44,078 nt of DNA, from NCBI RefSeq assembly GCF_001194135.2, contig NC_068990.1, positions 35,691,086 through 35,735,163 of the forward strand. The letters run 5' to 3'. The DNA is from Octopus bimaculoides. Lineage: Eukaryota. The position numbers were made by a program, and so were the translations under genes. Positions 26,271 through 38,597 of this stretch are shown here, one piece after another. The notes under the pieces are model-generated. The model worked only from the letters and a program-made list of their open reading frames with translations, searched no databases and was not told where the DNA came from. Every line of letters starts with the position of its first letter. Position 1 is the stretch's first letter.

Positions 26271-27471
26271 TTGGTTTGATTGACACTTTCGTTAGGCGAA
26301 AAAATAAACGACATAATGCTAATTGTTAGGATGAAAATTGATTATGCAAAGACATTTCTGTATTTGCATTGCTAATAAACTTGTACAAATATACTTAATT
26401 TTATACGTTTTAAAATATTACTCTGAGATGCACAAACCGACTAGACGGAAGTTATTTCCTACATACATAGCTCTTAACTTTCTCCCGTAGCAAAAACAAT
26501 TTCGCACAATCCCTAGAACGAGAATTTTCATTACCTAACAAATTTGAACCTACAAAATTTGGAAGCGGATCAATGTATATTACATGTAGAAAGTATTTGA
26601 TCTTTTGTTTCTTCTGGACACCATATTTATTCTCTGCTATTCCTGGTTATATTCAGCTAGATAAATTTTACGATTTTTCCATTCCAAGTTTTGTGTATAC
26701 TTTTTTCTTTACACAGTTTGCTATGAGTTTTTCCCAAAACTAAATTAATAGTGTACAACATGACTAAATGTTTGTTTGTACAGCAATATATGATATATGT
26801 TATCTATATTCTACTTCAATGTAGATATGTGAAGCTTGTGAGAGAGGATTCTTAGTATATTGCCTTAAATATACGTGATCTGATGAATAAGTACTCGGAC
26901 TATGGCCATAATAACGAAGCTAAAGCAGACAGAGTAAAGCCACTTGGTTCAGATTAACTTTGAACTCTGCCGTTCTTGTCCGCTAAGTTTTAATGTTCTA
27001 GCTCACATACGATCTTATAGTCAGACTTATCTTTTTTATTCATTCGAGTGAGCGATAAAAGAAATGTTACTAGTGTACAAAAGATGAATAATTCAATCTC
27101 TCATAAAAGTATCGTAGTTTGTTAACAAAGTAAGATATCAGTTATGCGATATTCATAATTTCTTGTTGAAGATGTGGTTGAAGCTGCTTATTCCTGAAAT
27201 CATTTTGAATTTAGGAGCCACAGAAGCAATGCCGTTGCAAATGTTCTCACGCCACATTTGCAACATGAATAGCGTATGAAGGATAATTATGCAATGTTGT
27301 TTCTCTCTTTTACCAGTGAGCTTCGACTGCCATTTCTAAAACTTTCAACTAACACACACAGCTTCTCACATTCATTCTTTCTCTCCATTTGTATTTGTAC
27401 ATTTTCAAGAATTGTCAAAACTATATCAATTATTGAGTATTTTCACGATAGATTACATTACTGCCGCTATT

Positions 27472-27596
27472 ATTGCCTTTTATCCTTTCGAGGGGTCGAT
27501 AAAGTAGGTACCACTGTAATTGTATGCTCGATGTGATCGACTTCCCCTCCTCCCTACAATATCCAGACCTTGTGCTTTTAGTAGAAAGGATTATTT
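27472..27596 (+). mobile_element. SINE family A, 3' portion
   Basis: gcctttatcctttcgaggggtcgataaagtaggtacc...gatgtgatcgacttccc...ccttgtgcttttagtagaaaggattatt. Confidence 0.75.
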
Positions 27597-27992
27597 ACCT
27601 TTTTAAATGTTTACTGGTTATGGTGAACAATTTTTGCTTATATATGGCCATGTACATATCTCGAGGAATATATTTACATCTAAGAGCATTATACACAGAT
27701 GCACACACAAAATAACATAGAAACATGTAGACATATATGTACATTGTTGCGTTACAGTGTATTATGTGTGTATCTACATATACATCACTGTATGTACGTA
27801 CAAATTATAGGTATCAAAACTTATTTCGTAAATATATGGCAGGTTGTAGTGCAACGAACTCAAATGCTACATATGCACATGTGTGCATTGTGTATGTATG
27901 TCAGAGTATATACATGTATACATATGCATATACATAAACATACGCATGCACACACACATACGTAGTATATATATGTATTTGCAAATATTTAT

Positions 27993-28099
<107 letters not shown>

Positions 28100-28911
28100 N
28101 NNNNNNNNNNNNNNNNNNNNNNNNNNNNNNNNNNNNNNNNNNNNNNNNNNNNNNNNNNNNNNNNNNNNNNNNNNNNNNNNNNNNNNNNNNNNNNNNNNNN
28201 NNNNNNNNNNNNNNNNNNNNNNNNNNNNNNNNNNNNNNNNNNNNNNNNNNNNNNNNNNNNNNNNNNNNNNNNNNNNNNNNNNNNNNNNNNNNNNNNNNNN
28301 NNNNNNNNNNNNNNNNNNNNNNNNNNNNNNNNNNNNNNNNNNNNNNNNNNNNNNNNNNNNNNNNNNNNNNNNNNNNNNNNNNNNNNNNNNNNNNNNNNNN
28401 NNNNNNNNNNNNNNNNNNNNNNNNNNNNNNNNNNNNNNNNNNNNNNNNNNNNNNNNNNNNNNNNNNNNNNNNNNNNNNNNNNNNNNNNNNNNNNNNNNNN
28501 NNNNNNNNNNNNNNNNNNNNNNNNNNNNNNNNNNNNNNNNNNNNNNNNNNNNNNNNNNNNNNNNNNNNNNNNNNNNNNNNNNNNNNNNNNNNNNNNNNNN
28601 TATATATATATATATATATATATATATCTTGGGACAAGCTGACATTTGAATTCGGGAAAATTGGATTATTCACGAAAGCATTCCATTGGAAGTTATATCC
28701 ATTCAGAAACTGAATATGATAAACTAATTTTACACTTTTGTTATATATTAACGAGCTTTTTTATCTTCCTCTACACTGATTTGTTTCGCATTTGACAGTA
28801 CAAATGCACTTGTTGTAGAAAATAACTATAAGTTCCCTATATAGATCTTTGCACACATATACACAATTAAACATACGTGCGTAAATTTATATATATATAT
28901 ACGTATATATA

Positions 28912-29372
28912 GGCAAACGCGTGGCTGTGTGGTAAGAAGTTTACTTCTCGACCACATGGTTCCATATTCACTCCTACTGCCTGGCACCTTGGGCAACTAT
29001 CTTGTACTGTAGCTTCGGCCTACCAAAGCCTTCTGAGTGGATTTTGTGGACGGAAACAGAGAGAACCCGGCCATATATATATGTATGTGTGTATGTACGT
29101 ATGTATGTATGTATGTATGTATGTATGGATGGATGGATGGATGGATGGATGGATGGATGGATGGATGGATGGATGGATGGTTGCATGGATGGATGGATGG
29201 TTGAATGGATGGATAGATGGATGGATGGATGGATGGATGGATGGATGGATATACATGCATGCATGTATGTATATACTTATGTTGGCGTGTCATTTTGTCT
29301 ATGTTTGTCTCCAGCAACGCTTGGCAACTAGTGTTGGTGTGTTTACGTCACCGTCACTTGGTGACTCGGCCA
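28912..29372 (+). mobile_element. CORE-type tRNA SINE with an expanded internal (TATG)n(TGGA)n tract
   Basis: A-box-like TGGCTGTGTGG at 28922 and CORE-like gcaccttgggcaa at 28984. The body resumes at about 29280 after the microsatellite. Confidence 0.8.
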
Positions 29373-29378
29373 AGTGTA

Positions 29379-29710
29379 CAGGAGTGGCTGTGTGTTAAGA
29401 GTCATGTTTCCCAACCACATGATTCCGGGTTCAGTCCCACTGCATGGCAACTTGGGCAAATGCCTTCTACTATAGCCTTGGTCCGACCAAGGCTTTGTGA
29501 GTGGATTTGGTAGACAAAAACTGAAAGAAGCCCGTTGTATATATGTGTGTGTGTTTGTGTTGTTTGTCCCCCACTATCGCTTGACAAGCGGTCGGGTAAA
29601 AGGGATTGATAGAATAAGTAATAGGCTTACAAAGAATACGGTGTGTGGTCTATTTGTTTGACTAAAGGCGGTGCTCCAGCATTGCTGCAGTGAAATTATT
29701 GAAACAGAAT
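29379..29710 (+). mobile_element. CORE-type tRNA SINE, near full length
   Basis: ggagtggctgtgtgttaag...ccgggttcagtcccactgc...cttgggcaaatgccttctactatagcc, with tail ending ggcggtgctccagcattgctgcag...gaaacag. Confidence 0.85.
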
Positions 29711-30094
29711 AATTAATGAATAAAAGAATATATATAATTCATATATGTGTGTGCGAGTGTGTTATGTGTGTGTATGCGTGTGCGTATGCGTGTGCATATG
29801 TGAATGTCTGTGTGTATTTGTGTGGGTGTATATTTGATTTTTGCATGTGTATGCCCGTATGTTATATGCCATACTTGTCTGTAAGTTTATATAGTATTTG
29901 AAGGACAATAATACTCATAATTTCTAAACAGATAGTAAATTACGAATTTCGAACTCTCGTGCATCATGAATATATATATATATATATCCTTGGCTTCTTC
30001 AAACATTTACTGAAGTTTCCACGCAAAGATAGAATTTGTTTCTGCTAATACTCTACATCGGAACATATACATTCCAACACACACTAACTTATCC

Positions 30095-30255
30095 AGGCAT
30101 CGTTCGTAGTATACCGTTATTGGCACTGACAGCCCATTTCCTTGACAAATCTATAAACGCAACTTCCGGATTTTTTAATGTCAGTTACAAAAGTATTTTG
30201 GCAAGAATATCGCTGTTCGTGAATTTGCATCCAATTCTCTTTCCAAACTCTGAAA
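30095..30255 (-). pseudogene. Decayed mariner transposase C-terminus
   Basis: IGCKFTNSDILAKILL*LTLKNPEVAFIDLSRKWAVSANNG resembles mariner GKKF.N...L.......K.PEF...GI.DL..RW..V..NNG. Confidence 0.55.
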
Positions 30256-31044
30256 TAGAATTCATATGTTGAAATATTAGTATGTGACGTATAAATATTA
30301 TAATACTGTTTCGATTTGTTACTTAATTCTGGTGATATATAAAGAGAAACTCCCTAGATGCCCTCAGTGCGATTTCCTGTTATTTTGTTCTAGCTCTCTC
30401 ACTGTATATATAAACACAAACAGACATACCGACACACACCAATACACACACTCACCGACACAAACAAGCACATACAAACACATATGGTAATAAATACATA
30501 CATGTATATATATGTGTGTATGTGCACTTCAGTATGGAAGGTCTTCGCTACAGTAACTGTCTTGGAAAGGAAATCCTCTTTCTTGAGAATGTGGGAGAAA
30601 AACAACAGACCTACTCTGGCATCAACGGACAATAATATATATTTCTCTGCGTTGTTGTGTTTCACCTGCTCCTGATACCAAATCATCTCTCGTTTACAGT
30701 ACACTTAATATGGCAGGTTTACTATGTCAGCAGCAAAGAATACGTTTCCATGCAAGAGCTATGCTTTGTCAAGCTATTTTTTTACGGTTTTAAATAGTTT
30801 CCTTCAGTTTCAATATAATATGAGAAAAAGAAATGCCTTCTTCCATATCTACTGATACATTTTTGCATACTCGTACATACACACGCACATACGCACATAC
30901 CTATGAATATATGAATACATATACACACACACACAAATATAATATATACATACATACATATGCTTATATATATGCACATACGTGCACACATACATACACA
31001 CACACTGATACACACATATCTACATGCATATACATATGCATAAG

Positions 31045-31238
31045 TACATGATTGACCGTTGACTGAACACTATTCAATTTTTTTTCTCCGTGTTTTTCTC
31101 CTTGTCTCCGTATTCTTTCTGTTGAAGAGCGTAGCTCGAAACGTCAAAGACTTTCCGTATTCCCGAGCGTCATACTAATATATACTTTTGTTATTTACAC
31201 CACCTGTCCTCGTCTGTTGTTATTTTTTGTATATTCTC

Positions 31239-31241
<3 letters not shown>
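31045..31241 (+). mobile_element. Short repeat carrying a minimal hammerhead-like motif
   Basis: A roughly 200-bp non-microsatellite island between microsatellites, containing the motif at 31114-31150. Boundaries are approximate. Confidence 0.55.
31114..31150 (+). ncRNA. Minimal type I hammerhead candidate (A6-to-U variant)
   Basis: tcttt-CTGTTGA-a-gagc/gta/gctc-GAAA-cg-TC^aaaga. Perfect 5-bp helix I, perfect 4-bp helix II, and palindromic ACGT as the minimal helix III. Confidence 0.7.
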
Positions 31242-31296
<55 letters not shown>

Positions 31297-31332
31297 TTAT
31301 ACATATATATTTATTTATTTATACACACAAAC

Positions 31333-31369
<37 letters not shown>

Positions 31370-32727
31370 AATATATATATATAAAATGTATTGTTCCGTT
31401 TTTAGAGGCGTATGAAAAGAAACAATTTTCATCCAATGTGAGAGATAAGAATCATTTAATATACACTGGATTTAAATTCGGGCCACTAATAGATTCCTAC
31501 CGAGAATTCACGATGCTCTGAGATGCTTGTATAGGTCGTATAGCTTGTCGAGTGCCTCAAGGCCAACTTGTAGACTTAAATGTACAACATGGCTCGTGCA
31601 TTTAAAACTAAAAAATAATAATAAAACATGCTTGTCTTTCACAAAACGCAGGTAAGGACCAAAGGAAGCTAGTAAATTTTGATATTTTCTTTTCACTCGT
31701 TCTACTTAACTTTTGACTCCTCGCGCTTTTTTATTTTTTTATTATTTTTTTTTTCATTGTTTAAATGAACCCGCCATATTGTATAAATGAGTCTGAAAGA
31801 CCACTTCGATGCTTTGAAACACAGCACTCTATAGAAGCTTGTCAGACCAACGTATTTTCAATGCATGAAGCTAATACCAGGTCGAATTTAAATCATAGGT
31901 ACACCCCCCCACACACACACATATATATACACATGTGTACATACACAATCACGCACACACATAGATGCACAAACGAATACACACGCACTCGCCCACATAC
32001 ATATATACATACATATACATATATATATATATGTGTATATACATATATATATGCATATACATAAATGTATGAAAGTGTATGTATACACACACACACATAT
32101 GAATTGCATGCATATGTAAATATGAGAGACGCTTTTTCCCTTCTATGCGATAATGGAGTTTTGTCTTTTGTTTTGAATATTTGACTTACTTTCCATTTTG
32201 GTTGAATATATTAATTTGATTCTGAATTCCAGTGTTTATTGACCATCATCTTTGATTAATAGAATTCCTGTCAAATATGAATACCAATGTGTATTATTTC
32301 CATTTTCTTACTATTTTCTCTAATTATTTGGTTAGTTGTTTTTATTTTTTTAATTATTATAGCTTTCTCCTGTCAAATGTAATACGTGTTATACTTTTAA
32401 ATATCTGACAGATCTATTTACTTTTAACTACAAAATATTATGAAGAACGCAAAATGTGAGTAACGAATTTTATTTTCCTGTTAATATTCGTTCCTCGTAC
32501 ATCCATTTTAAATCTAATTTGTGTATAATATATATTGAATTTACTACTATTGAGAAATATATAGGCTGCTGTAGCTTACAATTCGATGGTAGGATTATCT
32601 GTATTTCAAAAGGAAACTTATTCATATAGTTACAGTTTCTCTCTCCCTCTACTTATATATGCTTATGTATGTATGTATGCATGTATGTATGTATGTATGT
32701 ATGTATGTATGTATGTATGCATGTGTG

Positions 32728-32762
<35 letters not shown>

Positions 32763-32786
32763 ATACATATATATATATTTATATAT

Positions 32787-32919
32787 AGGGCATTATTAGA
32801 GAAAAATAATAACGCCACACAGTGGACTTCTCAAAATAACCACATTTAGTACCTAATGCGATCTGTTGGTTGTTTTTCCTCGCATTAGGTACTAAATGTG
32901 GTTATTTTGAGAAGTCCAC
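32787..32919. mobile_element. Fold-back/MITE-like element truncated by a gap
   Basis: Perfect 40-bp inverted repeat (32822-32861 and 32880-32919) with an 18-nt spacer. Unique sequence begins after a TA run, and the right arm runs into the N-gap. Confidence 0.75.
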
Positions 32920-33580
32920 NNNNNNNNNNNNNNNNNNNNNNNNNNNNNNNNNNNNNNNNNNNNNNNNNNNNNNNNNNNNNNNNNNNNNNNNNNNNNNNNN
33001 NNNNNNNNNNNNNNNNNNNNNNNNNNNNNNNNNNNNNNNNNNNNNNNNNNNNNNNNNNNNNNNNNNNNNNNNNNNNNNNNNNNNNNNNNNNNNNNNNNNN
33101 NNNNNNNNNNNNNNNNNNNNNNNNNNNNNNNNNNNNNNNNNNNNNNNNNNNNNNNNNNNNNNNNNNNNNNNNNNNNNNNNNNNNNNNNNNNNNNNNNNNN
33201 NNNNNNNNNNNNNNNNNNNNNNNNNNNNNNNNNNNNNNNNNNNNNNNNNNNNNNNNNNNNNNNNNNNNNNNNNNNNNNNNNNNNNNNNNNNNNNNNNNNN
33301 NNNNNNNNNNNNNNNNNNNNNNNNNNNNNNNNNNNNNNNNNNNNNNNNNNNNNNNNNNNNNNNNNNNNNNNNNNNNNNNNNNNNNNNNNNNNNNNNNNNN
33401 NNNNNNNNNNNNNNNNNNNNNNNNNNNNNNNNNNNNNNNNNNNNNNNNNNNNNNNNNNNNNNNNNNNNNNNNNNNNNNNNNNNNNNNNNNNNNNNNNNNN
33501 NNNNNNNNNNNNNNNNNNNNNNNNNNNNNNNNNNNNNNNNNNNNNNNNNNNNNNNNNNNNNNNNNNNNNNNNNNNNNNNN

Positions 33581-33637
<57 letters not shown>

Positions 33638-33699
33638 TTCTCTGCACACACACACACACATACATATCCTGCGCATCGACAAATTTACAGTCACTGAGT

Positions 33700-33830
33700 T
33701 GGCTACCGACGTATAGCCCACCATAGCTGAGAGATCGCGCACATTATTTTTAGATCTAAGAATCCCACTGTAGTACTTAACTTCCAGATCCGAAACTTTT
33801 AGGAAAAGGAAGCATATGGACAAATTTCTT
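33700..33830 (-). pseudogene. Possible LINE RT C-terminal relic
   Basis: LEVKYYSGILRSKNNVRDLSAMVGYTSVA weakly resembles the FKYLGS....N....EI.ARI segment of non-LTR retrotransposons. Confidence 0.3.
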
Positions 33831-34399
33831 TTTCCGTCATCACCCTCTGCAAACTGGGCAGCTATCTCACAGAATTGAGTCCCTCTCCTTTAATTCATCC
33901 TACAACAGCGCGTTTAATTTGCCCTTAACGATCAAAGAGGCGTAACAGTAATTTTCCTATCCTTTGTTTCTTTTTTCGTTTTTATTCACCCTTCCACAGT
34001 TTACATCGATCTTCTTATGTTGTGTTTTTTCTCGTGATTTTCAAATACTATAACCTGTATTCATTCTATCAGTATCAGTTAAGGAGACCGAAACACACCA
34101 ACAAGAATTACTTAGAAGTGGGGGTGGGGGAGAAATATAAACAAAAGGACATACATGTTTTTATGTGTGTATGTGTGTATGTGTGAGCGCTCACACACAT
34201 GTATACACAGGCATATATATGCACTTCTATATGTATGTATATAGAATGCCTGTATATATTGATATTGAATTGCAATACAAAATTTCCTTTCGGTTCTAAT
34301 TTCCAACAATGCACTACATTTAAATAATTTGTTCGCTAATACAGTTCTATATTTAAGAGATGAGGAATTCTGTACATTATTTGCATTATTTACATATGC

Positions 34400-34660
34400 C
34401 CACGGGCATATGGCATAGTGGTTAAGAGCGCGGGCTACTAATCCCAAGATTCCGACTTCGATTCCAGGCAGCGACCTGAATAATAATAATAGTAATAATA
34501 ATAATAACAACAACAACAGCAACATCGAAAAATACCTTAGGAATGAGAACCCAAGTTCGAAATTTCCCCAAGACACTCGATGAAGGCAGGACGGTATATC
34601 AGCCGCAACGTTGTGTTAACAACAAAGAAGATGAGGACAAATATCCCTCAAATGTAAATA
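34400..34660 (+). mobile_element. tRNA-headed SINE-like element with a hammerhead-like 3' module
   Basis: A-box TGGCATAGTGG (34411-34421), B-box-like GACTTCGATTCC (34454-34465), an (AAT)n(AAC)n linker, then acac-TCGATGA-a-ggcag...cagcc-GCAA-cg-TT^gtgt (34573-34616). Confidence 0.75.
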
Positions 34661-35059
34661 ATGTAAATTATTTGTTCACTTCACGATATTTTCAGACAAA
34701 CCCGTGGCAAATGACAATAGGCAATCATCATATCTCTGTTACTGATCAACTAAGGAAAGCCGTGTCCATTACGCAGGATTGTTCGGAGATCATATATGAA
34801 GTAATTCGAAATTCTAGAAAAATTGCCGAATTCATTTAAATCACATATTTTACCTTTAAATAAAGAAGTGCACATTAGATAATATAGTACCAAAATGTAT
34901 ACAATTACAAACGATTTTCTTAGAATAATATAAATCACCAGCAGTATATATAAACTATTGTGCCTAAAGTGAAAACAGAAAAGCAATAAAATGTCCATAG
35001 TTTCCATTATTACACATTAGCTATTTACTACTATCCAACAGACTTCTGTCCTGATAACA

Positions 35060-35388
35060 GAGTGCGTTTTCCTCCGGTCCTGCACCTAGCGTGCAATAAG
35101 AGTGTTGGCCCAACTGTTAGCATGGAGAAAGTCTACCAGCTTGGTGGCAAAACCTGCTGTACTCTTTTACCACAAATTCCTCTCGTTCTTTCTTCCTGTT
35201 TCTGTTGTACTTGCATTGAAAAGGGCGAGCCTTGTCACACTATGTGTCAAGCTGAATCTCCCCGAGAACTACGTTAAGGGTACACGTGTCTGTGGAGTGT
35301 TCAGTCACTTGCGGGTTTATTTCACGAGCAGGCTGTTCCATTGATCGGATCAACTATAACCCTCGTCGTGTAACCGACGGAGTACCAC

Positions 35389-35391
<3 letters not shown>
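35060..35391 (+). mobile_element. SINE-like interspersed repeat (3' part), family unassigned
   Basis: GC-richer island ending ...acgttaagggtacacgtgtctgtggagtg...cacgagcaggctgttccattgatcggatcaac...accgacggagtacc before a (TA)n run. I recall this tail as recurrent in octopod DNA; not verified. Confidence 0.6.
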
Positions 35392-35447
<56 letters not shown>

Positions 35448-36779
35448 GTATGTATGAATGTATACACACACATCAGACATATACATATACGCCTATGCAA
35501 GTACATTATGCTCCATTTCTATGCTGTGTCTTCCACGATAAAAAATCCTTCTCTATCTTCGTAGTTAAACGAAAATGATGCTGCCGGAACGATGTACTTA
35601 TATATAGAATATAATATATGTATGTATGTATGTATGTATGTATATACATCGTCTGTATGTATATTCTATGCTAGTGGTCGTTAGGAGATTATTTATTAAT
35701 AGTAGCGTTGTGGAACTGATGATGTCGTTAGTGGAATGAGGTAGTTGTGAGGCGGAACACAAACGGTTAGTAATTCAATTATTCATGAAGCTGCGTGCAA
35801 ACAACTAATATTTATAGACACACACAGCTCCATCAGTTTTGGAAGTTCTCTGAAAGTACTCTTGTGTGTCAGCTAAATGAGACAGACTAATACGCACACT
35901 AGCATAATCGATAGCCAATCACGTGCAAGTGTGCTGGAATGATATTTTGTTTTGTACTTGCGTATATGTTGTGTGCGCGTGATTGTATGCGCATGTGTGA
36001 AGCTGCTTGAGTGCATGTGTTTGTTTTGTGTGTGTTTGTGTTTGTATGGGCGTGCGCGTGTGTATGCATGTGTGTGTTTGTGGGGCTGCTTGCGTTTGTG
36101 TATTACCGTATTTGTGTGAGTGCATTGTCGGTGTGTGCCTATATGGATGTGCATTTATGTGTACACGTGAGTATGCAAGTGACAGTGTGTGTGTTTGGTG
36201 TATTGCTTTGCGTGCTATGATTTTAGACGTGAAGTGTGTATATATGCCCACGTGTGTGTGCATTTGTTTGTCTGTTTGTGTGTACGTGCTTTTATGTGTA
36301 TATATATGGCTATCAGAACATATATGTATTTAGTGTACCTGTAAGTATGTTTGTGTACACGCGTGATCAATATGTGTGCGTGCAAGCTTCCTTTTAATTT
36401 TTCGATTATTTTATCTATTTATTTATTATTTATTTTATTTTAGCATTATTATATATATTTTTTTTTTTTTTGCAGCGGTTGTATATGAGAATGACGGTGG
36501 TTGTTGTGTTAGTACTGGGGCAGCTGGTAAGGAGGACAGTGGTGATTCTCTTGGTTGTGGGAATGATGGCAGAGATGAGAATGGAGATAGTGATTATGTA
36601 GACAGAAGCGCATCAGATGTCGGAGGAGATACATCAGTAAGAAGGTGCAGTAAAAGGAGAACTGCGAGGAGGATTGGTTGGAGGAGAGAAGGACATGTGA
36701 GAAACGTGCGTGCTTTGCGAAACGAAACGCAATCGTAATATCGTGACAACATGTTAAATTTATGATGACACTGATGTGA

Positions 36780-36797
36780 TGATAACGAGAATGATGA

Positions 36798-36829
<32 letters not shown>

Positions 36830-36895
36830 ATGGCGATGATGTTAGTGTTGTTGTGGATGGTAGTGGTGGTGGTAATGGCAGTGGTAGTGGTGATT
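36780..36895. repeat. (GAT)n/(GGT)n low-complexity tract
   Basis: Read directly from the sequence. Confidence 0.9.
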
Positions 36896-37298
36896 GTAGT
36901 TAAGTGCTTCTGTTACCTGTGCAAAGTTATACATTAACGTAAGCAGAATAGTGCTCCTATCATTATTTAATATGGGAATGATGTGTGCAATATAACGTGG
37001 TTTTTACTTTACTTTTCTCCTCACACTAGTTTAATCGGATGATTTCACTTCTGGTAGATCTGTTCTCGTCTAAATACTGATTACGAAAATGGCTGCTTTT
37101 CAAATAGCTATGACTAAAAGGGAAGTAACTCTGCTAAACTTATAACGAATTGTTTGAAACGTTTAATTTTTTTTTTTTTTTAGTTTCCGTTTTCTTCATC
37201 CAATAACTACACTTTCCGCGTAAACAATGTTCAGTTATTTCATGCGTGTATACGTGTGTGCATGTGTATGTGTGTGAGTACGTGTGTGTATGTGTGTA

Positions 37299-37345
<47 letters not shown>

Positions 37346-38554
37346 ATGTGTAATTTCTTTACTGTTAGAATGATGAAAATGAAAATAGCTAAATAAATAA
37401 GGTGGCGTCCATGCAATGATGATTCGTATACATTCACTTCCATACTGTTGTTTCTAGTCATGGAATTTGAACCTTCAAATGGCTCAGTCTACTTTGGTGC
37501 AAAGAATCAGTAAGGTTAAAACAGACTTCGCTTATCGTAGTAGCTTAGGCATTTGATATCTGGCTTGATAACTTCCAATCTATCTTTGGGACAAATGATA
37601 CGAATCAATGGTTCCGTACAAGTGATATAACATATTAAACGTAGTATTCGCAACTAAATCGCGATTCTGGAAACTTCAGAGATTGATTTTTTGAAGGATA
37701 CACTATTTTCGAGATTTAAAAAATGCCTCAATTAAAATAAAAGCATTTCGAAACAAATCATCAACGGGATGATATTTGCTAAAAAATAAAGCTGGTAGAG
37801 ACTCACTTTGGTGGAGTAACGTATAAACTCATTCCTAACGGGATCTGAACTCAGAATATGAAAAGACAAACAACTATACTAAATTTCTTCTGGCCCATTT
37901 CTCAGCTGTCTAAGTCACCTATTCCAAGTGGCTTCACATTTTTTCACTTCCTAACTGCCCATCACATTCAATGCATTTTTTAATACATACATACATACAT
38001 ACATACATGTGTGGGTATGTCTGTCTGTCTGTCTCTCTGTTCATGTATTTATTAAAATGTATATGATTGAAAACATCATTATTTTCAAGGTAAATTTTCT
38101 TAACATTTTTGAAAATATTCTTTCAAATTTCATGAAACACTGTAAAAAAAAAAAAAAGACAAGAAAAAATTGTGAGGTAAAAATTACAAAACGACATTAA
38201 AAAATAGAACATTAAAACCGAGATTTACAAAAGTATTCTGAAAAAATCATTTCCCAAACGTCTCTGAAGATAAAATCTGTCTATTGAATTCGTTGGATGT
38301 AAATTTTCTTGAAATGACAACTTCACATGTTTTGTTTTAATATATTCTCCGCGATTCTGAATATAAAAATGAGAACAATCACTCACGTTGACACACCGAA
38401 TGACACGTTATAATAAAGTTATTTATTTATTTATCTTATTATTTAACAAAAAAGTGTTTTCCTGTTTTCTTATTAATTTGCATAAGCGCTTGAAAATGTT
38501 TTCCTCTCGCTTGCCTTTGTGTGCGCGTGTTTGTGTGTGTGTGTNNNNNNNNNN

Positions 38555-38597
<43 letters not shown>

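Noticed and set aside
34536-34572. Second hammerhead-like half (gaac/gttc-GAAA-tt-TC) just upstream of the SINE hammerhead
   Set aside because: The 5' core reads GGAATGA (three mismatches), and helix I pairs only if the core is shortened to 5 nt.
36478-36738. Open frame after a strong ttttgcag acceptor (VVYENDGG...NETQS*)
   Set aside because: The composition is that of a decayed GAT/GGT tract continuing to 36895, with no recognisable domain.
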